A DNA stretch of 64,000 bases from Camelus dromedarius (GCF_036321535.1 NC_087436.1:5642001-5706000); one strand, 5' to 3'. Positions 14,424 to 29,794 are shown, counted from the stretch's first letter. Numbers and translations are program-made. Notes: generated from the letters alone by a model not told the origin.

Positions 14424-17400
14424 TAGAATTCCTGACTCCTGTTTTATGTGACAAATGTCCTAGACTTTGTGACTTTAAATTGGAAATTTAAATTGTAATC
14501 CCTTTGAACTTTTTAGAAATAAAGAAATAGACATGTTGTTAAGTGAAAATAAGTCTGGGTCCTAAGGGAAAATTGAGTATTTCATGAATTCTTTGGCAAT
14601 GTGTGGAGTGCTTCTAGCATTAAAGTAAGGTTTGGTGTGCTAAATCTGTATTGTTGTCTGAATGGCTTTATGGCTTCTGAAAAAGCATATATTTATTTTT
14701 CCAAGAAGTAATTTTTTCCTCCTATTAGTGGGTTTTGTATCATTATAAAACCATTAATCTTGGAAAATACAATATATAGGAGAGGTGATCTTTTCTACTT
14801 GAGAAGTAAATTGGATGCATTAATTTGCAATGTTTTCAAGAGTAACATGACACCGGACATGAAGGTGTTTCATCTGGGCTCGGCATCTCGCCTTGTTTCT
14901 GTCTAAGTTCTTTCAGGACGGGAGAGTCATGCAGTAACATCTGAATAATAGAAATAAAATCCAGAATGTTACATAGATGGGGTGAGGGACCAGGGTCGTG
15001 ATTTACTGACCAAAGTCTCCTTCGCTGGATATCTGCTTCTTTTCCCAGCTGAAAATGTAATATTTTCCTTGGAATAATTATATATAGATATGTTATATAT
15101 TTATCGATGTTATTTACATCTATAAATGTATGTATATAAAATTATTTCTTGGAATAATATAGGATTGGAAGAAAAAATACGCAGTTAAGTGTGCATTTCT
15201 TGGCCTTTCTAGGCTTTGAGGAGAAACTTAGATTCATTAATCAGTGAGACACAAAGCATTTTGCAAACATAAATGTGGATGACCCCTTAATTAATATAAT
15301 AGTATGATATAATACAGAGCCTCAGATACACCAAATGGATCCTTCATGAAATATTGAATAACGGTATGAGACTAGCTTGTTAAGAGAAAGAACTAAATGC
15401 GTGTTGGAGAGGTGAACACTTCAGTAGAAACATCTTGATTCTTGTCTCGGGAGATGAAGTTGGGATTGTTTTTAACCTGAAGGCCTCTTGTTCAAATGTG
15501 ACCCTCAACAACACGTTTGAATTTCAGAGGAGAGTCTCATTAAAACAGGTTTTGAATAATAGTCATTAGTCTCTGGTTTTAAACATGTAGGTATTCATGA
15601 CTCATCATAATACATGGTGACGGTCCACAAAAATAATTCTTTCTCAAACTGGAAGATACGATAGGAGAAACTGGGAATATATGGAATGGTGTGTTTTGAA
15701 ACACACATATGATGATGATTAAATACATGTCCATGTGGACAGCCATTCAAAATGTACACAGGGTTTTGCACATGTGTGTTATTTGTATTTTCAAAAGACA
15801 ATCTTGAACGTGTTAAATGAGTGTGTGGGGGTGTTTGCACCCCATGAACTCATGATTTAGGGGAAGGAAAACATACATACATAATAAATTCTGCAGTGTT
15901 ACAGGTCACAATGCAGTATGGTCTAAGAGCACCGAGGAGGAAGTACCTGTCTTAACAGGGTGGGGGGATTTATGAAAGGTTCACACATGGGTACCATTTG
16001 GCTAGTTGGCTTGGGTTCATTCGTTTGTTTTTTCAATCAGTTTCCCTGAGTGTCTAATGTTTGCCAGACATTGAACAGAACAGGCATTCCCCATCAAGGT
16101 AAATATTCATGTTGTGTTACAGTTATGTTAATATGCAATAATAATAGAATATGCTCTGAATGAACAGAGCAGGACATTATGAGAAAAAAACTACAAAAAT
16201 TAATTAGATTGGGAGGTCATGGAAGGCCTTCAAGGAGTAAAGTTTACCAGGGAAAAAAGTGGGTTTGAGGTACATTTCCAGAAAAGGAAGCACTGTTTTC
16301 TTATTCAGTCTGTCAACACTTGCAGGAGAACAGAGATGAGATGAAACTTTATTTCCATCATAGCTTAAAGTTAGAAATAGAAGTAAACTTTGTCGGTCTG
16401 GGAGTATTTTACCATTCGATAAAACCTTGGAGGCACGCACTTCTAGCTGTGATTAGTAGGGAAAAGGACTCAGACACCAAAAACGTTTAGAAATTAACAT
16501 CAGTTTACTATTGTTATTGACATACTAATGTCTGTATAAAGCAAAGCTGCAGTAAGACGGCTGACGCTAATCCTTCCTGAGAGGTGGACCAGTCAGTTTT
16601 CGTGTTTCTCCTTTCTCTCAGTGAACACTAAACTCAAGTACGGACTTCTGGTAGCACTGTTTATACTATGTTTTCTTCTTAATTCCCAGAAGGAAGACGT
16701 ACATGGTTCAGAAAGTAGAATGAAGAGTAAGCCCACCGGACAGATGTCAGTGGGAACTAGGAAGGACTTAACCATCTCTGTTCAGCTGATGCTCATTAAT
16801 ATATTTTTCATTCAGAAGGACATCTTTTCTCCAGAATTCTCCCTTCCACACAGAGTGTTCACTTTCTTGGAAAATTTAGTTGTGCTACATAAAAATATGG
16901 TTAAAAATAATAGGAGCCTGACTCCCCTCCAGATAGCTACCACTTGCTATGAAAGCGACATGGGGTGGAATTTGTCCTGGGATTTTGTCCTTGTTCTTTA
17001 ACTGAGTGTGGCTTTTGTCTGGGATGAGGCCAGTCAGGGACGTCTTCTTCTCGGAGGTGACGTTGGGCTGGGAGTCATTGTGCCTTAAGAGAGAAAGCAT
17101 CTGGTGGTGAAGAGAACTTCCCAAGCAGAGGAAACAGGATGTACAAAAGCCCCGAGGGGATTGAATGTAGATTTTTTTGTGTGCACAAAGAAACTGGAAG
17201 AGGGCTGTGTGTCTCTAGGGTAGAGAGTGAAAAGGTGGGCCTGGAGAGGTCTGTGAGGTCATTGGACTTTGCACCATTTGAAGAATTTTGTTTCTTATGC
17301 TGAAAAATATAAATGGGAAGCCACCAAAACAGTTAAATAAGGAAAGTGAGCTGAGGTTTTTGAATTTTCAATGGCATTGAATGCTCTGCATTGGCGTGAC

Positions 17401-18213
17401 TGTTTTCTTAAAAATAGAAATTACACTTGAGTATCTAAGTACCAGGACCACTGCATGGCCGTGTCACCTACTTTGTTCTCTATATAAGTGAGAGAGCTCA
17501 GTCAAGAGTTCAGGTGATTCCACAACATCCAGAACCGTGGTGGGCATTCCCGCAGGACTGCTTGTTCTGTGATGTGTTTATCTCACCATGGATTTTTGAC
17601 CCTGATTTGTGGAGAAAAACTAGCTTCTCTGATATTTTGCTTCCTCAAACTGGAAATAACGATGTTTCATTTGAAATAGTCTATAAGTATTTCAAGATTC
17701 TTCAGACTGGAATATTACTCTCTAGATCTATATAAGAATTCTGTTAGAGGCTTATTAATAGTCTTTTAAAATTTATGTACTACTATAAACTCTATGTGTG
17801 TTTGTCTTGGAAGGCAGGTTGTGTATATAAAACTAGTTTCAGCTACGTTTCACTGAAAAGAAAAAAGTAGCTTTAGTAAGAGTATAATTATGACTTAGGG
17901 ATTCACCAGGTTTTTGGTTTTACATTTTTTTAAATCTTGTGGTCTTATTTTCACTATTAACAAAACCAAGGTAATTATTTTTGTTTAGTTATTGGCTTTT
18001 TGAAAGGTAACATTTATAAAGCACTAAAATGTGTGGTAACTTTTTTCTGAAGGAAATGTTCTCTGAATTCGATAACTATATTTTATCAAATATGACTCAT
18101 TGTGGACCATCCAGAAACACAGCAGATAAAATCCCATTTTTTTCCTGAATCAGGTCATAACATCAGTAATTTTGCCTTTCCCTTATTTACATTTGTTTCT
18201 TTATCTTTGTTAG

Positions 18214-18267
18214 GTTATTACCATTGGAAAACATGTTAAAGGGTACCACTACATCATCGCAAACCTG
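18214..18267 (+). CDS. GRIA2: GluA2 exon 5 (ATD), 54 nt; too short for the ORF track
   Basis: tgttag|GTTATTACC ... AACCTG|gtaggt; encodes VITIGKHVKGYHYIIANL in frame between exons 4 and 6. Confidence 0.96.
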
Positions 18268-20499
18268 GTAGGTGAATTAACGATATTTATTGTTTCAATG
18301 GAAATGCCTACTTATTAAAAAAAATTAATGGCCAGCATTTATCAGGGGTATTTTAAAAAACATAACTTGACTTTATTGATCAATTTGAAGTGACAGTATT
18401 TTTCTGAATTTGTTATGTTTTAGATTTCCTTCACACTTCATATTTTCTAATCAGTTTTCTATTATTATAAATGGTGTGAGAAATGAAAGAACAGTATTTG
18501 ACAAGCTTTTACATTGTGTTAGAAGGCATATTTTAACTAAGGGAAAAATTTCAAAACTATATAAAATTTAATTGTCCAAACTTTTCCTTATTTCTCACTG
18601 TCCCTTTAATTTATAAATTTTACCCTTTGCCCATTGCTTTAGCTTTCTTAGTGTAGCACTGGAAATGCGCATTTGTGAGAACATGAGCAAAATAAAACCT
18701 GTAAATATCCAGAATATTGATATATTATATAGTATTTATTTCTTATTTCCTACCTCCTATATAAGCAACACATGGATAATCAAACTACTACAGCTGGTCA
18801 CTTTTTCACTGAGATGCTTGTCAACTTAAGATTACTGAACATCCAACTGGCAAACTGTATCTCCCTTTCTTAGATAAAAATCAAAGTCAATTTAGATTAT
18901 CATTGGACATTTTCATTTTCAAAATGCTTTTTAGATCAGCTGTAAAATGAGCTTGAGTCTTTACTGTTGCAAAGGTTTATGCTGTTTAAATAAATATGAT
19001 CCTTTGTAACTGAGGACACCCCCCCAACCTCAGAAAAAAGGTGTTTAAAAAAAGACAGAAGGAGAGGAGGAGAGTGTATTCTTAATGGAGAAATTTCCTA
19101 TTTATACAAATGAAGATTTATGTTGTGGTTTCTGGAACATCACAAGACATTATTTACAGTAGTGATGGAGTGATTTAAAACAACCCACAGCCTTACAATG
19201 GATAAATACTGTTTTCACTAGAGAGTGACACCAGTGTGATTAAGGATATTAAGTCTCAGACCAACACGATGTTGGCAGAAGTTAGTTGTTCATGTACAAA
19301 TTAAAACATCTAATTGGCAATGAAATGGCCAACTACTATAAAAATTCGTTAGCCCTTACCTTATAGTATGGCTTGGAGATCTGAAATGACTCCCTACCGG
19401 AGAAACAAGTGTTAAAAGAAAGGAAGCTCTACATGCAGCCTCTCCAGACCCGCATTCTGTGCAGGGCACAGCCTGGACAGTCAGTCCCTGAGTGAATTGT
19501 GCCATTCGATGAACAACATTGAAAGCTGTGATCTTTAAAAATGTCCAGATGGAGAAGATTGTATTGGAACATTGAGAAATAATGACAGAAGGAGGTTCAT
19601 CAATTTGAGTTGCCATCTGAGGCGGTGAAAAAGGAAGTATGTGGGTGAATGACTACAGTAAAAAGATTTAAAAATCAAAGCAAGTTCTAGCTGCTGCCAT
19701 GCTTCTAGGGAGAAATTTGCCTAATATTTCACCTGAATTTTAAGCTGTGTTTTATCCTCTTCTGAATATTATCCTCGCCATATGGAATTTGTAGTGAATT
19801 AGTAAATTCAAAGAGTCTGCAGAGGGCTGCAGTTTCTGAGAGTCTGGAGGGCATTTGAAAATTTCACTGACATTTAAAATTGAGGAAAAGCCACCCCAGG
19901 TTGAAGGGCTTTCATCGTCCAAACTGGCAACTGGGAGGGTCCTTTCTCCCTGTTTAGGGTCCAGTGAGTGATAAAGGAAGTGGTTGTAAAAGATAGAAGA
20001 ATCCTCAGATATTCTTGTGGATTCATTTCCTCAGGAATTGGTGGATGCTTGACTAAGCTCCCCAACACAGGCTGCAGTTGAGTTCCCGACACAGCATCAG
20101 AGGGGATAAAGTGATGAAGAAGTGGTCCTTCCCATATGGACCAAAGCCCTGCCATCCACCTCACCTGGCTGCCTGACAGTGACACACACTCATTGCCCCT
20201 CCTTGCCTGGGCACACAGAAATTCCCAGAAACGTTTCAGTGTCTTCCTCTTAGACAGCCAAGCACAACCAGGCACTTGAGGACAGTCTTTGCCATGGAGG
20301 ATGTGATACTAATAAAATAAGTACACAGAAACAGGGCAGGCAGGAACAGGAGGAAAACGTTTCAAATTGTAATAAATATTGGCAGAGAAATAAGAGAAAA
20401 TACATTATCCATAAGAAAGAAAAAAAAGGATGCTGTGAAAAGGAAAAACACCAAGGAATAAGAAAGAACTCTGGGAAGTTAACTTGTTTTTTTTTTTTT

Positions 20500-21100
20500 T
20501 CTAAAATAACAAGTAAAATTACATGGCTTTGAAGGAAAGGTTGAGAAAATCTTCCAGATTATGTAACAAAATGACAATGCAATATAAAATGATGTGTTGG
20601 CAGAAATTGTGAGGGACTCAGATATCTAATCTGAGGGTCACAATGTCTTAATAATAAGCATTCTAGAAAGACAGATGGTGAGAACCAGGGAAGGAAATTA
20701 TCAAAGAAACATTCAGAAAATTTTCCCATCCTGAATGATGCAGATCTGCATATTAAGTATACACAATAATGAAAGAAAAAAGAATCTTTTCATATTTAAA
20801 GAAAATATCATGGAATTTCAGAGTTGATAAGGATCTTAAACTTTTCTGACAGGTGGGAGGTGAGAAGGATTATGAAGTACGTCACATACAAAAAATAATT
20901 CAAAATAAGGATATTGTATTTTTCAAAAGAAATGATAAAACTTAGTGGAACAATGTCTTTAGATTGACGGCTTCAACTTAAAATTTTGTACCCAGCCAAA
21001 ATACTAATCAACTGTCAGAGCAAAATAAAGGTATTTACAGACATTCAGTGTCTCAGAAAATGAGTATACCTCCATATGTCTGAGGAAATCACTGAGGACT
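20500..21100 (+). mobile_element. Ancient L1 ORF1-like (HAL1/L1M) remnant; boundaries approximate
   Basis: A-rich; gaaaattttccca..., aaattttgtacccagccaaaatactaatcaa...gagcaaaataaag resemble the L1 ORF1 region. Confidence 0.55.
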
Positions 21101-21779
21101 CTAGCAGGAGGAAGGAGTAAAACAGGAGAGGAAAGTGATCAAGGAAGTAGGCTAGCTACTCAGAAAAGTGGGGAAGGGGCGTTTTAGGGGAACAGTCACA
21201 GAGCGGATGCAAAGAGGAACCAGTCAAATCACAGCTTCAAGGAGGAAGGCTCCAGGATGCAGGAAAAACATAGATTATGTAATATGCTTAAATATTTTAT
21301 TTAAAAAAATGTTTTACTCATACACATGACAGATTTTCATGGAGCAACTAGGAAAAATAAGGATAGGTATAAAGATAGCTCTGGTAGTGAAAAAAAATGA
21401 AGGGATCATTAACATTAGAATGAAATATTATTTAAGAAGGAAAATGCAATACTAGCACATATTTTGGCTTAGCTCTGAATAACAGAATTCTAAATGTGAA
21501 AACAGTGAACATTAAGGTGCGTGAGGAGATAGATGGTTTGGTGCTTTCTTGTAGATAGAATAAATAAAACCTAGTCCTTATCCTTGAAAGACTTCCCAGT
21601 AATACAGAGAACTTTTATGTAAGTATGACCAATAAACAGTCATTGATTAAGGACCCATTATGACATCAAGATGATGCTAAATGGTGGTGAAGAATATTGG
21701 CTGATAAAATACATAAAACGTTTACTACAGGCTCTTTATCTCATGTGTTCTTTGCGATTTGTCAAACCACAATGTGTAG

Positions 21780-22313
<534 letters not shown>

Positions 22314-24464
22314 TAAAAAAAAAAATCTCAATTTGTTTTGGTAATTAAAAACATAAATATAATGGTTTATGCAATCAAACAAGGAGTCTTTGCTAAATGT
22401 CGTGTGCACTGCCCTGACGTTAAGCGTTACCCAGACTCTTCTGTTCTCTGTGGGTTTGGATACGTTGAGGCCTTCACTTGTTTATTCAGTGTATTTTATT
22501 GTGTGTGCACATACATGCATACATTTATTCCATGCCAAGGAAGGATTTTTTTCCTTCTGTTGGTCACCTGATTGAGAGCAGAGATACGAAGAGTGCATGG
22601 AGGCGTGAGGGGGATGATATCCCGTTCACATGCTTTATGAAACAGGTTTATGAAAATTAAGAGCAAAAGCTGCAGAACACTTTCAGCTGTGCAGTGATCT
22701 TTGTGCTTATCTGCATGTCATAAAGCACATTGTGCAAGAACCAGTCAGGACAGTGTTATTTCAGTGGCTTTCACGGTTATGTTGTACATCGCGGAGAAGT
22801 TTTGTTGTTGCTGTTTTCTGCACGTAGGGGAAAAACAGATATAGATGTTTGACTTTAACTTTGTGCCTGGCCATGACACTGGTCCAAGATAAAGATTAGA
22901 AACTATGCCATTTCCCACTTTTGGGTGTGTAAATGGGTCCTATTAATTCTATGTCAAATTTAGGAAAGCATCCCATAGGATGTTAAAGAATAACCCAGAG
23001 TTAATTTTTTCTCAAAACTGGGTGACTCTTTGCTTGGTGACCTTGATTGAGATTCAGCATGTATGGGTTTCTCCCAGGATTGTGGGCTCGTGGGTGTATC
23101 CTCACGTAACAGGGCTGCTGAGAAGGCGAGGGGACCCCTCCCTTCTGCTGGTGTCAGGGGTCTGACTGCGGACCCCACCCCGGGGGGCTGCAGGCTCCTC
23201 GCATTCAGATGCGGTCCCGTGTGAGCTCTCTGATGAGTGCGCGTTGCGCTCATCCTCGGTGGGATGAACGCGTTCCTCTGGAATACTCCGAGTCACTGTG
23301 GTACACCCCACGCCCCGCACTGCTGCCTCTGGGAGGAAGAGGAAAGCCATGGAGATGACTTGTTTCCTCGTGGAAGTCGCGTCATTATTCAAGCTCACGT
23401 GCCCTGCATCAGAACGGCAGGTGGGCTTGGGGGAGGAGAGGTCTTTGGCAGGGCATTCAGCGAGCGTTTTCACCAAGACCCAGCACCAGATTTCATCCGT
23501 TGGGGACCTCTCTTTGCTCCCTTCCCAACACACCATTTCCTTACATTGTTGCACCCTTTTCGGCTGCTTCTTCCAAATTTCAGAGATCACAATGGCCCTT
23601 CCTTGTAGGGCGCTGCAGACAGCGCAGGCTTGTACGTTTAAACACATAGGCTCCGATTCACTGACCGTACAGTCAAAAATTAAACAACATTTACAAAGTC
23701 TTAGCCCAGCTTTGGAAACGCAGGTGCCCCTAGGAGACCTATTTTCTATGGCCTTTGAAGCTCCATAAAAAAAGTACGGACAGCCCCGAGGGGAGGGGAT
23801 GGCTTTGCACAGGAGTTCATCCCAACACAGACACGTACTGTCCGTGCACTACAGGGCCAGGAACTGAAGGGTTTTGACAAAATCACTCCTGCCTTTGATA
23901 ATCCACAGTCTAGTGGAGAAGGGAAATGTGTCATTGAGCAAATACACCAGAGAGTGATGCTTGCAAAATAGGGCAGCTCCCACAGTGATTAGGACAGTAT
24001 AGGGGAAGGGATGGAAAGGAAGGCTTTCAGGAGGGGGGACGCCTGAGCAGGGCTTTGCACGTGGCTGAGCCCAGGGAAGAGTGCGGGAGGGTGCGTGGGC
24101 GGGCGCCGCGTGCACAGAGACGCGGAGTGCTGTGAGGGCGCGGCAGGTGCGGGGGGTGGGGGGCGCGGGGCACGGGGCGGGCGTTGCCAAGGGACAAGGC
24201 TTTTCAGCTGTCATCAGATGTCAAAGAATAATCCCGAGACAGGACTCCCATGATTGCTTCTTTCATGACTGTTCTGTGGGCAGAAGAAAGGATGAACAAA
24301 CTAGACAGGGGGCCAAAAAGCGTTTCCTAACGTAAACAAGTAGCGAATATGGTCTGTTTAAGGAAAGGAAGCGAAAATATCTCTAATTTATTTTTCAATT
24401 GTCTTTTGGGTCATTGGCTCTATCATTGCCAGATTTTTTTTGGGGGGTGGGGGTTATTTATTTA

Positions 24465-25100
24465 TTTTATTGAAGTGGAATTGACTTACAATGTTGTGTT
24501 AGTTTCTGGTGTACAGCATAGCAATTCGGTTATACACCCACACATACACACTCTTTTTCATATTCTTTTTCATTATAGGTTGTTACAAGATACTGAATAT
24601 AGTTCCCTGTGCTCTACAGTAGGACCTTGTTATCTATCTATTCTATATATAGTGGTTTGTATATGTGAATCCCAAACTGCTAATTTACCCCTCCCCCTTC
24701 CTCTTTGGTAACCCTAAGTTTGTTTTCTGTGTCTGTGGGTCTGTTTCTGTCTTGTAAATAAGTTCATTTGTATCATTTTCTAGACTCCACGTAGAAGTGA
24801 TTATCATAAGGTATTTGTCTTTCTCTGTCTGACTTACTTCACTTAGTATGATCATCTCTAGCTCCATCCATGTTGCTGCAAATGCATTGCCGGATAATTT
24901 ATTTATTTGTGTATATTTTATTGAAGTACAGTCAGTTGACAATGTTGTGTCAATTTCTGGTGTCCAGCACAATGCTTCAGTCATACAGGAACACACATAT
25001 TTTTGTCTTCATATTCTTTTTCACCATAAGTTACTGCAAGATTTTGAATATAGTTCCCTTTGCTATACAGTATAAGCTTGTTTATTTTATATATATTGGT
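24465..25100 (-). mobile_element. Two tandem antisense LINE-1 3' ends (about 24465-24880 and 24900-25100)
   Basis: Each begins ttttattgaagt...ttgac...acaatgttgtgt and contains aatatagttccct. Confidence 0.85.
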
Positions 25101-25499
25101 TAATATCTTCTAGATAATTTAAATCATGTTTTTTATACTATAATAGAAACTTAAGCTATCGGCCTGGAAACCTGTGAAAATACAACTCATTGCATCCAAT
25201 TCTCTCCATGGTGAGGCTTTAAATCAGCATTAATTTGATAATTTGGGGCAACATTCATTTATTAATTCATTTATCAATTCAACACACATTACCTGAATTT
25301 TTACTCTGCAAGCGGGCACTGTTCGAAGTGTCAGGGAAAAGGCCGAGTTCCGGTCTTCAAGGAGTTTACAGTCTTCAGGCTAGAAATCAGCTTGTCACTT
25401 TGATGGAAACTGTCCTTTGACACCTTGGTGTTGATGCACTCTAAATTTCTGGTTCCCACCATTGCTCCCTCTTCAGCCCCTGAAAAATGATTCCTGCAA

Positions 25500-27365
25500 C
25501 GATCTTTTCATCTCAGTGGATGGCAACCGTATCTTCTGCTGGTCATTTGACTAAAACCTTGGCAACGTCCTTGACTCCTCTCTTTCCCAGTAGCCCACAT
25601 CCCATCTGCCAGGACATCTCACTTCCTTTTCCACAACTTCCCTAAATCCATCCACCACCATCTTGCTGCTGGAATTCCTGCAGTGGTCTAGACTGGTTTT
25701 CCTGCCTCCACACTTGCCCCTCTATCTTCCATGTTTGTGATCCTTTTAAAACTTAAGTTAGATTATGTCCCTGTTTCTCTCCAAGCCCTCCAGTGGCCCA
25801 GGTGCCACTTGGAGAAAAGCCAGACTCATCCCAGTGGCCTATGAGGCCCTAGATCCTCTGTCACCTGTCACCTGTGCCATCCTCTCTGGGCGTTCTCCCC
25901 CTGCCCCCTCTGCTGCAGCTACCATGGCCTTTCTTGCCTTTCTTAGGCACAAGAGACACCTTCCCACCCCAGGGCCTTTGCACTGGCTGTTTCCTCTTCT
26001 GGATTTGTCTCCCCTTAACATCGACGTGGTTAAGCTGCCTGCTTTCTTTAGGTCTTTGAACAAAGGCTATCTTCTCAAGGAGGTCAAGAGCAGGCTCTCT
26101 ATTTAAAATTGCAGTCTCCACCCATCGAGGTGTGTCTCATCACCCTTTCCCTGCTCGTTTTTTTTTGTTTGTTTGTTTATTTTTCTGTTATACCTCCTAG
26201 TGTGTTGTATTTATAATTAATTAATTTATTACCTTATTTATTTATTTATTTATTTATTATTGAAGTGTAGTTGATTCACAATGCTGTGTTAGTTCCAGGT
26301 ATACAGCAAAGTGATTCAGTTATGCATATCCATCAATAGCTATATCTATATTCTTCTTCAGATTCTTTTCCATTATAGGTTATTGTAAGATAGTAAATAT
26401 AATTCCTTGTGGTATATAGTAGGTCCTTGTTAAAAAACAAACAACCCAATCAAAAAATGGGCAGAAGACCTAACTGGATGTTCTCCAAAGAATACATCCA
26501 GATGGCCAACAGGCACATGAAAAGATGCTTAGTATCACTAATTGTCAGAGAAATGCAATCAAAACTACAATGAGGTATCACCTCACACCAGTCAGAATGG
26601 CCATCATTCAAAAGTCCACAAATAATAAATGCTAGAGAGGCTGTGGAGAAAAGGGAACTCTCCTACACTGTTGGTGGGGATGCAGTTTGGTGCAGCCATT
26701 ATGGAGAACAGTATGGAGACTCCTTAAAAATCTAAAAATAGACTTACCATATGATCCAGCAATCCCACTCCTGGGAATTTATCTGGAGGAAACTATAATT
26801 TGAAAAGTTGGAAAGATATATGCACCCCAATGTTCATAGCAGTACTATTTACAATAGCCAAGACATGGAAACAACCTAAATGTCCATCAACAGATGACTG
26901 GATAAAGAAGAGGTGGTGTATACACACACACACACACACATATATACACACACACACACAAACATATACACATACGATGGAATGCTACTCAACCATAAAA
27001 AAGAATGAAATCATGCCATTTGCAACAACACGGATGGACACAGAGTTTATCACACTAAGTGAAATAAGTTAGACAAAGACAAATATCATGTGATATCACT
27101 TATATGTGGAATCTAAAAAAATGATACAATGAACTTATTTATAAATCAAAAATAGACTCACAGACATAGAAAATCAACTATGGTTTCAATTAAGAGTTTG
27201 GGATTACATATACTCATTGCCTTATTCATTGTCTGTCTCTCCAGCTTGCAAGTAAGTTCCAGTGGGTGGGGGGTTTTGTTGGTGTTTGTTTTGTTCACTG
27301 ACAGAGCCCAGGCTCCTAGAACAACTCCCAGCACACAGCAGCTATTTAATAAAGGCCTTCTGCAA
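25500..27365 (+). mobile_element. L2 LINE interrupted by an L1 insertion
   Basis: L2 body at 25500-26230 (ccttgactcctctcttt, cagggcctttgcactggctgtt) and L2 3' end at 27215-27365 (ttgttcactga...cctagaaca...aataaa). Confidence 0.75.
26240..27212 (-). mobile_element. LINE-1 with 5' inversion (twin-priming structure)
   Basis: An antisense 3' end (26240-26431) is joined to a sense ORF2-end/3' UTR segment (26432-27212); TSD-like attaccttatt / attgccttatt. Confidence 0.8.
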
Positions 27366-29794
27366 GAACAATGAGAGGAAAGCACAGGTTCAGTGGTAGC
27401 GCCCTTAAGAAGCTCCTAATCCCAGTTCTGGAAGTAAGAAAAGGCTTCTTCAAGGAAGTGATATAGAATTTAAAACCTGAAGGAGAGGTAGAAAGTAGGA
27501 GAAAAGGGCACAATGGCTATCCATAGAGGAGATAAGAAATTAAAGTTCCCCAGTGCAAGGAAAACTTAAACATTTCTGTAAGGCTGGAGGTTGAGCAGAG
27601 GTGTTTTGTGGGCCTCAAATGCCTTGTTGAGCTCCTAAGGAATGTTTTGTCTTCTTCTGAGAGCAGCAAGGGCCCACGAGAGGGGAGTGGCCATCATGGT
27701 CTTGATACAGGATGATTATGGGTGACAGCAGACCGTGGTGGCAAGGGGGCTTTTAGGAAGATGTCACAGACAATCCAGGCACCAGCTGGCAGTTGTCTGA
27801 ACAGTGGTTGTGACTTGAAGGTGGAGGGAAACAAATGGATTTGTCCAATTGCCAGTCTTTCCATTTCTGTCTTTATAAAAGAAATAATAATTACAACAGT
27901 CATAACCCTGCATATATGATAAATGAATCTAAATTCAGTTGAGAGGTGTTTGTGGGTTGAAAACGGACTCGGAAAGGCAGTCTGTGTCCTCTGATCTCAT
28001 TGGCCCCACACCTCATGCTGTGATCTGCACAGAGTAGGCATGTGATGGAGATGTGTCGAAATGAGGAGGGATGAAGTGAAAAATCTAAGTGAACGCTTTG
28101 ATTATACCAAGTCACTGAGAAGGAAAATCATAAGTAATTATAGTTGCTATCAAATGGGGTTTAGATGCCTGCCGTGGCATCGGTTATGTCATTTTCCTCA
28201 GCCGTGCCAGAAAAGTAGTGTTGTTTTACTGGATGAGTTGTGAAATGACTTTAGTCATCAGACCCAAACCATCATGGCACCTGCGTTTAAATGGGACCAT
28301 TAAAATGAGCATTTTACGCTCCTTAAAAAATATGTTCACAAAGAGGCAGATGATAAAGATGTTTTGCCACTATCTCAGAAACGATTTACACAATATTTCT
28401 ATTTTTAGGCAGATTTTCAGTGTTTTGGGGGTCTTCAGCAACTTGCAAGATGGAAGCATCCATTCTACCCAATCACGTTGACAGTTCGAAACTGATTCGC
28501 CTTGTGTCAGTCAGGGTCTGCCTGTGTTAAGGAATTCAGCAGTCACACAGGACTGACACTGTAGGGCTTTCCTGCGAGAGTCTCCATTACTCAGGGAAAG
28601 ACTTAAAGCAGGAATTCAGACCTTAATTGCTGTCCTCAGAGAGTTATTAGTCCTGCCTGAAAATAGTGTCATCTCTTTGAGTTCAGTAATTAGCGTCCTG
28701 CATTAAAATGTACCCTGGTGGCTTCATAGAACTAATTCAGCTTCTCGAATGTTAAAAAACTGACCGAACCCACTGCTGACACATTGTCATCCCTACGAAC
28801 AACATTAAAGCATTTTGACACACGGCAGCCGAGAGGGTTGACATGATCAGTCTGTGATGCTTTGTGGTTTAAAAAGTGTGTATATGGCTGAAATAAACCC
28901 ATAAGTTAAAGTTTTGATATTGGTAAAATTACTACTTTATGAAAATAATTGAAAAATACTGAAATATATTGAAATGTTTATTACATCATTAAAAATAAAA
29001 AATGTCTTGCCACTGTTTTAATTGTAATGCAGGACCTCTGGGTTCCTCTCATTGTCACATCTCTTCTTCTGTAAGGCAGTAAATGTAGGTGATCGCAGAG
29101 ATTGCTCCAGAATCTCTCCTACCATGATTATGTGAAGTGTAAATTTAGGTGCTTCATAAAACATACGCTAACAGTTCTCAGATGACTCTCAGATGGACTC
29201 TATCTCCCAAAGATTGTAGTGACTTGCAGGTGGCCATCTCTGCTGAAACTACATCTTAAATTATCCTGGGAAATTTTTTTTTTCTCCATAAACTACCAAA
29301 AATAAGGAACTTTCCAGCTGTTAGAAGAGGCCTAAGAAGTGGATGTTGTCAGAGGGAGGAATTTATGCAACCAACAGCAAAAAAATCTACCTCTAAGAAA
29401 GTCTTTTCGCACCTATGGGGGAACCAACGCCAGACAATGTGTTGATTTCAGTATCTTTTTTCTATGTTTGTGAATCTGACTCGTTTTAGCTAAAAATCTG
29501 AATCCTTAAGTGAATGTGAATTTTCAGAATGTAAAAATCTCAGTCTTTAAGCATGATTTTCAGTCAGGGTCAGTAGCCAACCTAGATGATTTAGGCAAGA
29601 TGTGTTGTTTCCAATATACTGTTTTTACATGAAGAGTCTTTCTTCCCAGTGAATTAAAATGATTATTCATAGAGAACAGTAATAAAGATGCTAAGTTTAG
29701 TTTCTTGCCGATAGAGCTGTCTTGTCACCCTTGGAAATGTGATATAGCTAGCTTGGGTGCTTACTACAGATGTTGTGTTTTTCTTAGTTTTCTG

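Noticed and set aside
22960..24335. Cluster of longer overlapping ORFs (up to 181 aa)
   Set aside because: Explained by local GC richness reducing stop codons. They are open on both strands with no recognisable domain.
26800..27072. ORF ...KDICTPMFIAVLFTIAKTWKQPKCPS...
   Set aside because: This is a remnant of the L1 ORF2 C-terminus, not a host gene.
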